Below are positions 51,276 to 62,400 of a stretch of DNA of 64,000 bases, in pieces. Source of the stretch: an uncultured Parachlamydiaceae bacterium (GTDB lineage Bacteria; Chlamydiota; Chlamydiia; Chlamydiales; Parachlamydiaceae). The number at the start of each line of letters is the position of its first letter. Position 1 is the stretch's first letter. Where the stretch lies: positions 832,001 to 896,000 of the forward strand of contig CAVULX010000003.1 of the NCBI GenBank assembly GCA_963742415.1. The letters run 5' to 3'. The notes beneath the pieces were generated by a model, which was not told the DNA's origin, made no database searches, and was given only the letters and a program-made list of their open reading frames with translations. The position numbers and the translations under genes are program-made.

Positions 51276-52877
51276 TTATTGAACCATTGAGGCTAAAATG
51301 CGGCGTTGGCCGACGTAAGGATTGCGTCCATGGCATGCTTTGCGGTTGTGCAAAAGCAACAGATCCCTTTCTTGCCAGTCGAATTTGACTGTGACCCCAT
51401 CCAGAGCATCGTAAATTTCATAGACAACATCTTTGGGGATCTCGGTCTCATCTTCAAATTCAATTTCATACTGTCTGGTTGAAGGGGCAATATAAAGGAG
51501 GTTAGCCATTAAGTGATTGACCCAGCCATTGCGAATACGGGGGTTTCCATGATAAAGATAGGCTTGGTTGAACCAATATGGGTGGTCAAAATATTCGTCG
51601 GGGCCCTGAGTTGCCGGAACATGCCGGATGACCTCTATCCAATCGCCGGTCCATTCGCATTCATATCCTTTTCGTTCACATATTCTGGCGACTTCATCTT
51701 TATCTGTTGTTTCAAAAGCTTGAGGCCATGTTTTATGCGTCGGATTTACACGAGAGAAAAAATTCCCTTCAGAAGGATGATGAGTAATATAATTGAGGGT
51801 TTTCCCATAAAACATATTCCAGATGTGGGGCTTCTTCATGATCTCTCTAGTGACATCTTCGGTTTTTGCGAGAATTGTTTCCCCTGAACCTGGATCCGGG
51901 GCTATTTCACAATAGAAGCAAATATAGTCTACAGGATTAAGAGTGCAGCTCAGCTCATTATGCAGAGGGATTTTGAATTCGGGAGGCGCTTCTGTAGACG
52001 TATACACCCCTTGGGTTATTCTTTTTCGGGAACCTTCCCCTTTATAATCGATCAGTTCCCGTCCTGTAATTGTTCGAACAATTGCACCGAAATCGTCTGC
52101 ACTATTAATGGGGAAGTCCCGCAATAAAATTCCTCCTGCGGAATCGATGTAAGATTTTAGTTCTTGCTGATGGATTTCGGCCCATATTTTAAAATTCTCA
52201 AGGGTGATATCTTGGCTTTTTGGGGAGAGGACAAAAGGGAACATTTCTCGATTAACAAAATAGCCGTTAACTTCATCATTTACAAAATCAAGGGAACCGA
52301 GGGAAGACAAACTTGATTTTATTTGTGGTTCCTCTTCAACAGAGTCTCCCACACACACGTCCACAATAGAGGTTTCCATTTGGGGTGAATTTGCTTCAGA
52401 AAGTTGTGTCGATTGATCCTCGAACTGAAGTTTGGCAAGTACATCATGGACTTGAGACTTATCGTAAGAAGAAACTTCTGTGGTTTGATAAAGGGCCTGA
52501 AAAGAAAATGGGGATAAATCGAGCGACGTTAACTCACAGATGTTTAATTTTGAACTTCCCTCTTGAGATAAAATTTGAGTGCATTGACCGTCGTTTAGGC
52601 ATAAGATGACACCCTGAATATCTTCTTCCGATGACCCTACAAAAAGGAGGGTTCCCGGCGGCAAGCCATCGGCTCCAATCCACTCGGGTGTTGAACCATC
52701 TAAATAAGTCAGGGTGTATTGACCTTTCATCCTGTTCTTTTCCACGTTTCGATAGAGTTTCCTAATCAGTTTTTGACTATCATAAGAGGCTTGAATCGTA
52801 TAGGAATCCACTTCTTGAATAGTTGTGTCATTTGAACCTGTAAACCCTATTATCGTGGCAAGCAAAACCATCATCAT
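51276..52877 (-). CDS. TauD/TfdA (SyrP-like) Fe(II)/2-oxoglutarate dioxygenase with ~200-aa N-terminal extension
   Basis: GGAGG RBS; GILLRDF, VYTSTE.PP...IPLHNE, WFNQ, W...DLLLLHN...HGR.PY.G.RRIL; hydrophobic N-terminus. Confidence 0.85.
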   Translation of the reverse strand: MMMVLLATIIGFTGSNDTTIQEVDSYTIQASYDSQKLIRKLYRNVEKNRMKGQYTLTYLDGSTPEWIGADGLPPGTLLFVGSSEEDIQGVILCLNDGQCTQILSQEGSSKLNICELTSLDLSPFSFQALYQTTEVSSYDKSQVHDVLAKLQFEDQSTQLSEANSPQMETSIVDVCVGDSVEEEPQIKSSLSSLGSLDFVNDEVNGYFVNREMFPFVLSPKSQDITLENFKIWAEIHQQELKSYIDSAGGILLRDFPINSADDFGAIVRTITGRELIDYKGEGSRKRITQGVYTSTEAPPEFKIPLHNELSCTLNPVDYICFYCEIAPDPGSGETILAKTEDVTREIMKKPHIWNMFYGKTLNYITHHPSEGNFFSRVNPTHKTWPQAFETTDKDEVARICERKGYECEWTGDWIEVIRHVPATQGPDEYFDHPYWFNQAYLYHGNPRIRNGWVNHLMANLLYIAPSTRQYEIEFEDETEIPKDVVYEIYDALDGVTVKFDWQERDLLLLHNRKACHGRNPYVGQRRILASMVQ

Positions 52878-52992
52878 AAAAACCTCCAAAACATACTGTC
52901 AAATTCAAAAAAAAATTAGCGAGAAGAATGTGTTTTATGCGTAAAAGCGATAAAAGTCAAGAAGGCATATGAAATTTTATAATATATCTTTT

Positions 52993-55163
52993 TCAAGGGG
53001 ATTTCTTCAGCCTTAAAGCATTCAGAATGACTGAAACGGAGCTGCAAGCCATGGCGGCGCTGGCAATCATGGGGTTTAAAAGCAGGCCGAAGAATGGATA
53101 TAAAAGGCCTGCAGCTATAGGGATTCCGGCCATATTGTAGATGAAGGCAAAAAACAGATTTTGCCTTATATTCCGCATAATGGCTTTACTTAAGCGGATG
53201 GCTCTTACAATTCCTGTAAGGTCCCCCTTGACTAAAGTGACCCCAGCACTTTCCATAGCCACATCGGTGCCTGTGCCCATGGCGATCCCGACATCGGAAA
53301 CAGCTAATGCGGGCGCATCATTAATTCCATCTCCTGCCATTGCGACAATGAGGTTTTTATTTTTGAGATTCTGAACCAAAACATTTTTGTCTTTCGGATC
53401 AACGTTGGCGTGAACGTCGTCGATGTTCAATTTTTCAGCAACAGCTTGTGCAGCCTGCACATTATCTCCTGTCAACATGATGACCTTAAGGCCGAGCTGA
53501 TGCAGATCGGCAATGGCATTGGGGGTGGAAGCCTTGATGGGATCAGCGACCGCGATGCAGCCGATAGCTTTCCCATTGGCGGCTACAAAAATGGCTGTTT
53601 GAGCTAGTTCTTGAGGAATTCTTGCTTGAGCTTGCAAATCGGCCATTCCATCGACCATGTTCGCTTCTCCATGAAATCGACCTTGCCGATCAAGATCTTT
53701 CGATTTTCTACGATCCCTGTCACTCCTCCACCTGTGATCGAATTAAATTGCTCGACTTGAGGAATACTTAAATTTCTTTTTTGAGCTTCTTTTAAGATAG
53801 CTGCAGCGAGGGGGTGCTCGCTATTTTTTTCAACTGAGGCAGTCAATCTTAAAACTTCATTTTCTTGCCAATGGGGCGCTGTGATAATCTGGGTGACTTT
53901 GGGCATCCCTTCAGTAAGGGTTCCCGTCTTATCCATAACAATGACATTGACCTTTTCAAGTTTTTCAAGAGCTTCCCCATTTTTAATTAAAATCCCCATT
54001 TCTGCCCCTCTGCCTACTCCGACCATTACAGACATTGGCGTTGCCAAGCCTAAGGCGCAGGGGCAAGCGATGATCAGCACGGCAACAGCGTTGACTAAGG
54101 CATAAACAAACCGGGGTTCAGGCCCGAAAACTCCCCAAACAATAAATGTAATCAGCGCAACTAAGATGACGGCAGGAACAAAATAACTTGAAATCTGATC
54201 GGCGAGTCTTTGAATGGGTGCTTTACTTCTTTGGGCTTCGGATACCATCTGCACAATCCTTGATAACAAGGTTTCACTGCCGACCCGTTTAGCTTCCATT
54301 AAAAAACTTCCGGTTTGATTGATTGTGCTTCCGGTGACTAGATCGGGAGCTTTTTTTTCAACAGGAAGAGGTTCCCCAGTAATCATCGATTCATCCACAA
54401 AGCTCGAACCCTCGAGGACGACTCCGTCAACCGGAATTTTTTCTCCAGGCTTTACTCTCAAAAGATCTCCCACTTTCACATGATCAATGGAAACCTCTTG
54501 CTCATGTTGTTCGTGACCCAGACCTATGGCAACGAGATGAGCTGTTTTAGGGCCCCGCCCAAGCAGGGTTTTAATTGCTTGACTAGTCTTGCTTTTGGCC
54601 TTAAGTTCCAAAACCTGTCCTAAAATGACAAGCACTGTAATTACAGAAGCTGCTTCAAAGTAGATGAAAAGCTCTCCTTTTTCTTTGAAAGAATCTGGAA
54701 ACAGGTTAGGAAATACAACAGCGATGGCACTGTACAGATAAGCCGTTCCCACACCTAAGGCTATCAAAGAAAACATGTTTAAAGAGCGGTTCAACAATGA
54801 ATGCCAAGCTTTTTCAAAAAAGGGCCATCCAGCCCAAAACACTATAGGGGTGCATAAAATGAATTGCAGCCAGCGTGAAAGGGGGGCGGAGATCTGTGAT
54901 AAATAGGGGACATCGCGGCTGGCTGCTAATATCAAGACAGGGATCGCCAGAGCGGTTCCGATCCAAAATCTGCGCAGCATGTTCCGAAATTCTGAATCGT
55001 CTTCTTTTGCGGTCATGACGATAGGCTCCAAAGTCATTCCGCAAATGGGGCAATCTCCAGGATGGTCTTGCTGCACTTCGGGATGCATCGGGCAAGTGTA
55101 AAGGGCAGCCGTTGAAACATTCACTTTTTGGGGGTCTTTTTGACAACAATTCGGATGATCCAT
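52993..55163 (-). CDS. copA: Copper-translocating P1B-type ATPase, split by one frameshift near 53660
   Basis: YTCPMHPEV...[36 protein letters not shown]...IP, MACSS. Confidence 0.92.
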
Positions 55164-55164
55164 G

Positions 55165-55671
55165 TTATCTCATCTGGTTTGGTTGATTTTTCATGTTTGA
55201 ATAATCATCATTCATGGTGGACTTTTGTCCACAATGATAATTCAAAGCATTTTCATTGATTTCAGAAAATCTTTTTTCGCATTCAGCTTTTGATATTTTG
55301 CATTCAGCTCCGGATATTTTAAATTTCATCATTGCTGCAATTTTTTCCCAATTCACTTTATTTTCTGCAGACATTTCTTTCACCAATCTAATTAAAGCTA
55401 AATCCTGCTCCTTGTTCCAAGAATTATCCCTAATTTGTCTATATTTTTGCTGACATGCACCTTCCGTACGCTGCAACGTTTTAGCAATGTCTGGCCAATC
55501 GATTTTTCTGTCTAAGCGGCGATAAATGTCGATCTGGTCAATAAGAACCTGTTCTTCTTCATCTTTCCAAAATTGTCTCGACTTTGTCAAATTCTCACCG
55601 GGTTGCTGAGAACGAGAAGCGTTCCTCTGTGGATTGATATCAAAGGCAAAATGGTAATTATCTGTTTGCAT
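55165..55671 (-). CDS. Myb/SANT-like repeat protein
   Basis: WKDEEEQVL...IDWPDIA...[10 protein letters not shown] and WNKEQDLAL...VNWEKIA...SKAECEKRF, two Myb-type repeats. Confidence 0.8.
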   Translation of the reverse strand: MQTDNYHFAFDINPQRNASRSQQPGENLTKSRQFWKDEEEQVLIDQIDIYRRLDRKIDWPDIAKTLQRTEGACQQKYRQIRDNSWNKEQDLALIRLVKEMSAENKVNWEKIAAMMKFKISGAECKISKAECEKRFSEINENALNYHCGQKSTMNDDYSNMKNQPNQMR

Positions 55672-55736
55672 GAATGATCCTTGTCCTGTTTGAATATTCG
55701 ATTAAAAATTTGGAAAGATGCACTTTATATTTTTAA

Positions 55737-55874
55737 TCAGATATTTGCAACTTTAATGGGGCAATCTCCAGGATGGTTTTGCTGCACTTCGGGATGCATC
55801 AGGCGAGTGTAAAGGGCAGCCGTCGGAACATCCACTTTTTGGGGGTGTTTTGGACAACAATTTGGATGATTCAT
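55737..55874 (-). pseudogene. Truncated duplicate of the copA N-terminus
   Basis: MNHPNCCPKHPQKVDVPTAALYTRLMHPEVQQNHPGDCPI matches CopA residues 1-40 and ends at the duplication junction. Confidence 0.85.
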
Positions 55875-55875
55875 G

Positions 55876-56361
55876 TTATCCCATCTTGTCCGGTTGATTT
55901 TCCATTTTCGAATCATCAATTTTCCTGGTAGACTTTTGTCCACAATGATAATTCAAAGCATTTTTATTAATTTCAAAAAATCTTTCTTGGCATTCAGCTG
56001 CTGATGTTATTCTATATTCCTTCATCCTTGCCGCAATTTTTTCCCAATTCAATTGATTATTTGCAGACATTTTCCTCACCATTCCAATTAAAGCTAAATC
56101 TTGCTTCTTGCTCCAAAGATCATTCGTAATTTGTCTATGCTTTTGCTTACAAGCATCCGTATGTTTCAACGCTTCAGCAATGATTACCCAATCGATTTTT
56201 GAACTGGAGCATTGATAAAGTTTATCATTCCCAGGTTGTCTTGACATTGTCAAATTTTTACTGGCTTGCTGATCTGGAAAAGTGCTCATCTGTGAATTCT
56301 CACCAGGAACGGCATGGAATTGAATATCATGGCCTCTTCTGGAGGTATCGCCTACTTGCAT
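55876..56361 (-). CDS. Myb/SANT-like repeat protein, diverged paralog
   Basis: WSKKQDLAL...LNWEKIA...SAAECQERF intact; first repeat partly deleted. Confidence 0.75.
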   Translation of the reverse strand: MQVGDTSRRGHDIQFHAVPGENSQMSTFPDQQASKNLTMSRQPGNDKLYQCSSSKIDWVIIAEALKHTDACKQKHRQITNDLWSKKQDLALIGMVRKMSANNQLNWEKIAARMKEYRITSAAECQERFFEINKNALNYHCGQKSTRKIDDSKMENQPDKMG

Positions 56362-56488
56362 GAATATACCTTCTTCTGTTTGAATATTTGATCATAAATT
56401 TAGAAAAGCGTACTGTATATTTTTAATCAGATATTTGCAACTTTCACTAACCAAAAATATCAAACTCGAGATGCCGTTCGGTATAGTT

Positions 56489-59400
56489 TTATGTTTTTAT
56501 TTCATTTTGTAAAACGATTGAAACGAGATGACTTTTTTGATCATCGATTAAAGGGATTTCTGATGTCGAATACAGAGTCCCATCAATCGTAACGCATGCG
56601 CTTCCTTTATTCAAGTGTTGGGGATTGGATACAATGATGTCGTAAAATGTGGATTGATATTTATACCGTATTTTAAAGCTGTCCCATTCCTTTGGAATTG
56701 TGCAGTCGATCTTCAAGATATTGCCTTTCAATTTGAAGCCCAGAATTTCTTCCAGCCAAATTCTATACATCCACCCTGTCGATCCGGTATACCAACTCCA
56801 ACCTCCTCTTCCTAGCTGGCTCGAAAGTGAATAAACATCCCCTGCTGTTACATAAGGTTCAATTTTATACTGCGTTAATTCTTCCATCGTATGGGTATGA
56901 GAGCTTGGGTGCATCATCTTCAATAAGGAGACCGCTTTGTTGCCATCCCCTTTTCTTGCAAAAGCCATGGCTAACCAGATGGAGCCGTGGGTATATTGCC
57001 CCCCATTTTCTCTCACGCCGGGGGGATATCCTTTGATATAGCCCGGATCCATCGGAGCCACGTTAAATGGGGGCGTCAGCAATAAAACAAGTCCCTCTTT
57101 GGGAAGGACAAGATGCTTATCTGCTGAGCTTAGTGCGGTAGAGCTTCGAATGGGATCTCCCAAACCGGAAATCACAGACCAAGATTGAGCTATACAATCG
57201 ATCATACACTCTGTATTGCTTTTAGATCCTAAGGGGGTTCCATCATCAAAATACGCTCGCCGATACCACTCCCCATCCCAACCCCCTTTTTCAACAGCTT
57301 CCGCGAGTCGCTTTGCCTGAGTCCTAAATCCTTGGCTTGACTCCTGTTGTCCGGCATAGGCAAGCAAATCGGCAAAGTCGTTCATCACATGAATGAGAAA
57401 CCAAGCTAGCCAAACGCTTTCCCCTTTTCCTTTGATCCCAACGCGGTTCATTCCATCGTTCCAATCTCCCCCTCCAATTAAGGGAAGGTCGTGAGGGCCA
57501 GTAGCAAGGCTTTTGTAGATAGAGCGTCGGCAGTGTTCCAATAGAGAACCCACTTCACTGGAAATTGTGGGAACCAGATAAACCTCATGTTGATCTTCTG
57601 TCAATGTTGGAGCTTGTAAAAACGGAACTGTTTCCTCCAAGATAGAGGTGTCGCCGGTGACCCGCACATAGTGGGCTGTAGCAAAGGGGAGCCATAAGAG
57701 GTCATCGGAAATCCGTGTGCGCACGCCGCCGCCTGAAGGGGGATGCCACCAATGCTGCACATCCCCTTCGATAAACTGACGTGATGCAGCTTTGAGTATA
57801 TGCTCCCGGGCAATTTGAGGAGCGGTATAGATCAATGCCAGGACATCTTGAAGTTGATCTCGAAACCCATAAGCTCCGCTGGATTGATAAAAAGCGGATC
57901 GTCCCCATATTCGGCAGCTGAGGTTTTGGTAGAGCAGCCAACGATTCATCGCAAAGTTCATAACCAAGTCGGGCACTTCTACCTGGACCGCTCCTAGGAT
58001 TTTGTCCCACCAAGCTTGTGTTTCGGAGAAAAGTTGATCAATTTTTCCTTCGATCCGGGATTGCAAAACTAATTTTCTAGCCTCCAAAATATCGGGGGAA
58101 TAGCCCATGATAAATACGACTTCAGCAGATTCTCCAGGCTCAATTTCAACGTTTACTTGGATGGCCGAACAAGGATCTGAGGCAGCTCCGGTATGCCCTG
58201 ATAAAGACTTTCGTCTTAATGCCGCAGGATCATTTGTGGAGCCATTTCTTCCCAAAAATTCTTTTCGATCTCCGGAAAACGAGCTTGCCAATGGAGTAGA
58301 GGCTGTAAAAGCCACGCAGTTGCTATAGTCGGGATGATAGTGATTATAAGCAAAAAGGGCTTGGCATTCGGGGTCCCATTCGGTGATTATATGCATTTGC
58401 GTTTCTTCTCGGTTTGTTCCTAGAACCCACTCAGAATAAGCTGTGACAGTAAGCTTGCGGCGGTGGGAAGAGCTATTTAGCAACCGCAGACGTTGAATCC
58501 GAAGGGGAAGCCCCCCATTGTCATCCACAGGGACAAATATGAGGAGATCCTGCTCAATCCCATGGCTGTTGTGTTCAAAACGGGTGTATCCTTGGCCGTG
58601 ATGGATCCGATAAGCATCTAATTCACGAATAGGCGATGGGGTAGGCGTCCAGAATGTCCCTAGCTCTTCGTCTCGAATGTAGATAGTGTCTGCAATAGGA
58701 TTTATCAAGGGATCATTGGACCAAGGGGTTAGCCGATTGGTTTGGCTATTGCCGTACCAGGTGGAACCTAAGCCTGTTTCTGAGATTATTGTTCCGAATT
58801 GAGAGTTAGCAAGGACATTAATCCAGGGTGCAGGAGTATTGGTGTTTGGACCCAAGTAAATGACGTAAGATTTGCCATCGGGAGAGTACCCCCCTAATCC
58901 ATTGAAGTAAGGAAGTTCTAAAAAAGGCAATGGCTTCGAAGGCTCTTCTTTCGCTTTTCTATTGACAATAAGCCTTTTTGGGTAATTTATCGAAGGCATC
59001 GGGGAAACGAGCTGCTGTCTCAAGGAACCCCGCGCTGCTACAAGCACGGCCCTTGCCGCTGAAAGTATCAAGGTTAGATCTGCAGGTGAAATCTCTTCCG
59101 TATTCCTGAGATAAACTCCCCCCGGGATTTCAATTTGCCCCCGATGGGCATAGGCTTGAATCATTCGTTGTAATTGTTCTCTAAGCGGGTGCTCGTAGCC
59201 GGGGGCTTCTTCATTCAGAATGATTAAATCTACACTTAAGCCTCTAAGGCTCCAAAAGGCATGAGCGACCAGCACTTGCTTGACAAGATCGACATCATAG
59301 ATGTCGCCGACAGAAACGGCGACAATAGGCAAATCGCCCGAAATGCCTTGCGCCCATAAGCTTGATTGACCCAAACGATTGCTTCGTAGACGGTCAGCAG

Positions 59401-62400
59401 AGGGCCTAAGTTGTTCATGAGGATATAAAATTCGGCTTGCTAATTTTTGAAAAAGTTGAGTTTCTTCTTCATGAATGCGCAGATGGCGCATCTCAAGTTG
59501 TGCATATGTCCAGGCTAATTCTATTGCACGTTGACTGGCAGAAAAATCTTTATATTTTTCCATTAGAACCATCACATTGCTGCGTTGATCGGCAAGGGCG
59601 GTAACAAAAGAAAATTGGATCCGTTCCCCGGGATTTAAGGTAAATCGCTGCCGAAGGCTAAAAATGGGATCTAAGACAGTTCCTGTAGTATTTGATAAGT
59701 CCCCATTCAGAGCGATCGGATTTTGAAGAGTTCTTCCTCGTCCGATGAAGCGAGTTCTATCGGTCTCGTGCTGCACTTTTTCATCTGGGGTTATGCTTGA
59801 AGCTAGGACATGCCCCGCCCAGACAGGGGCGTCGTCAGCTGAGCGGAGACGTCGAAAAGCCAAGAGACCTGAGAGTTGTGTCAAAGCTTCAGTCTCGATA
59901 AAAAATTTATTAAAACAAGGGTGAGCGCGATCCGTGTTGTGAGGGGCTAAGGCCAGTTCCATGTAGCTTGTGAGTTCCAACGAACGGACTTTATCTGATT
60001 GATTACTTATAGTAATAAGACGGATTTCTGCATTGTCTTCGGGCGAAACTACAATTTCTGTCACCGTTTCAATCTGATTGTCTTTTCGGCGGAATTCCGA
60101 TTTATCGGCTTTAAAACTGACTGAATACTGCGGTCCCTTTTTTAATGTGGGATGGTAGGCGTTAGACCAAATCTCTTGCGACTGTAAATCTTTGATGTAG
60201 AAAAAAGCTCCATCAGCATCCCGGGTGGTATCGGCCCTCCAACGGGTCACATCCATGTCTCGCCAGCGGCTGTAACCCCCTCCTGCATTAGTGACCATCA
60301 AGGAATAGGTTCCATTGGAGAGCAGATTGAGTTTTGGTATTTCACTTTGGGGCGTTTCGGCAATTCCCATAATCGGATTTTGTGAAAAAGGCTTTAGCCT
60401 GGTCATGGTGATTTCCCGATGGAACCGGCTGACTTTAATTGGAAGAGATGAAGGAATACGTTCATAGAGGAGGGAGTCAACTCCGCATATATAAGGATCG
60501 CTGTGGAAACGGTTGGGCAGGATATCGTGGTTGAGGATGTTATTGATGGAAGCGAGGATCATCCCTTGATGATGGGCCATGAAAGTGTAAACGGTGACAC
60601 CCCGTTCTCCACGAGGGTTTCTTTGTCGTGTGAAATCGATCGATTCGTAATATCCATAAGGGCCTAGCATATTGAAATGGGGTTTTTCGGCTAATTTCTT
60701 CAAATTTTGGATTGCCTTCACTGGGTCTACGGCCAAGGCCAGGGCTGAAGAATAGGGGCTTACGACGAGATCCTCTTCTAGGCCACGCTTAAGGCCAGCT
60801 CCAGGGATCCCAAAGCTGCGGTATTGATATGTTTTATGTGCATCGATGGCGCTAAAAGCTGCTTCAGAAATCCCCCAAGGGATGCCCCGTTTTTGACCAT
60901 ATTTCATTTGGCAAATCACGATCGAATTGCAAGCCTCTCCTAGCAAAGAATCTTTGTGGCATTTGTTGAACAATAAGGGCATTAAATATTCAAACATCGT
61001 TCCGCCCCAAGACAACAGAATTCTTTTCCCATCCAACTTTATGTAGGATCGGCCGAGGGCCCACCAGTGGTCTATTGAAAGGTCCTCTTTCGCAATGGCG
61101 AGGAGGCTGGCAATCCGGGCTTCGCTGGCGAGAAGATCGTAATGGGACGAATCTAGTTTTCGTTCATCTACATTGTAGCCGATGACAAACAGTTTTCTTT
61201 CGGGATTATACAAAAATTTCATGTTCATTTCATCGGAGAGCTTTTGCAGGTCCCCCATCATTTGGTGAGCTTGGCCTAATTTTTCACCTGCGAACCATTG
61301 AGCTGTTGAAATGGCTTCTTTGAGTTTTAGACCCCATTCTTTAACTTCTGCAGGCATATCGGCCCGTTGGGAATTTTCAATGAGTTTGGCCATTGGAGAA
61401 AACAACTCTTCGTTTGTTAACATTTGGAGAGAGGGGTGCAAACTTAAGGCTTCATTTATCCATATGGCGGCGTTCTCGCCCAACAGATGAACGTTTTCTG
61501 GAGAAACTTCGGAAAGGATGAAAACCCAACTGAAATAACGGGAAATAAGGGTATTCCACTCATTTAATTGCTTTTCAGTGTGCATGAGCCAATAGGGGCT
61601 TTGCAATCCACCCTGCGTTTCTTCATCTACGATTTCTTCGATAAGCTGCAACGCTTCCATATAAGTGAAAACTAAAGTGATGAGATCTCTTGGATGCCGT
61701 TCAATGACTTCATGTAATTTCGCAATTTTAGGATTGCTGATATTTTCGTTAAGAAGCAATTCATAGGTGTCTTTAACCCCTTCTAGGCTGTTCATCGGCA
61801 AAAGAGGGGAAGAAATTATTTCTTCAATTCCCTGCTGAAGAGTTAGCATAGAGGCCAATAGATTGCCGCTATCCACTGTGGATATATATTGGGGATACAA
61901 CGGGTCTAATGTTTCGGTGTTGTACCAGTTGAGAAAATGCCCTTCAAACTTTTTAAGTCTTTTTAACTCTTCTATTGTGGCTAAAATTTTATCGATCATC
62001 GCATCGCAGGTGATATATTTTAGATCATACGCAGACAATACAGCCAGCAGCCACAAGCCGATATTTGTTGGGGAGGTTCTTTGGGCGATTTCGATTTTTA
62101 AGGCTGTTTGGTAGTTATCAGGAGGAAACCAGTGGGTTTGAGGACCAACAAAATCATCAAAGTAACGCCATGTTTTACGTGCAATGAGTCTTAAAAATTT
62201 TCTATCTTGATCGGTAAGGTCTCGATCTCTTCGTGTATCCCTTGGCTTGTCGATAAAATTGACGATGAAAGGTGCTGCAATCCAAAGAGAGCAAAAAGGG
62301 ATGGCATAAATGAGTTCCGGAGGGTCGATATAATAAACCGCAGCAAAAGTAAAGATAGCAAAGAATGAACTCAACCCCATCCGGTAAATGAATCTTTGAT

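Larger units (their letters stand above)
55044..56444. repeat. Head-to-tail tandem duplication (55044-55754 and 55755-56444) of promoter, Myb-like gene and copA 5' end
   Basis: Both units begin AATGGGGCAATCTCCAGG and end TTTTAATCAGATATTTGCAACTTT. Confidence 0.9.
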
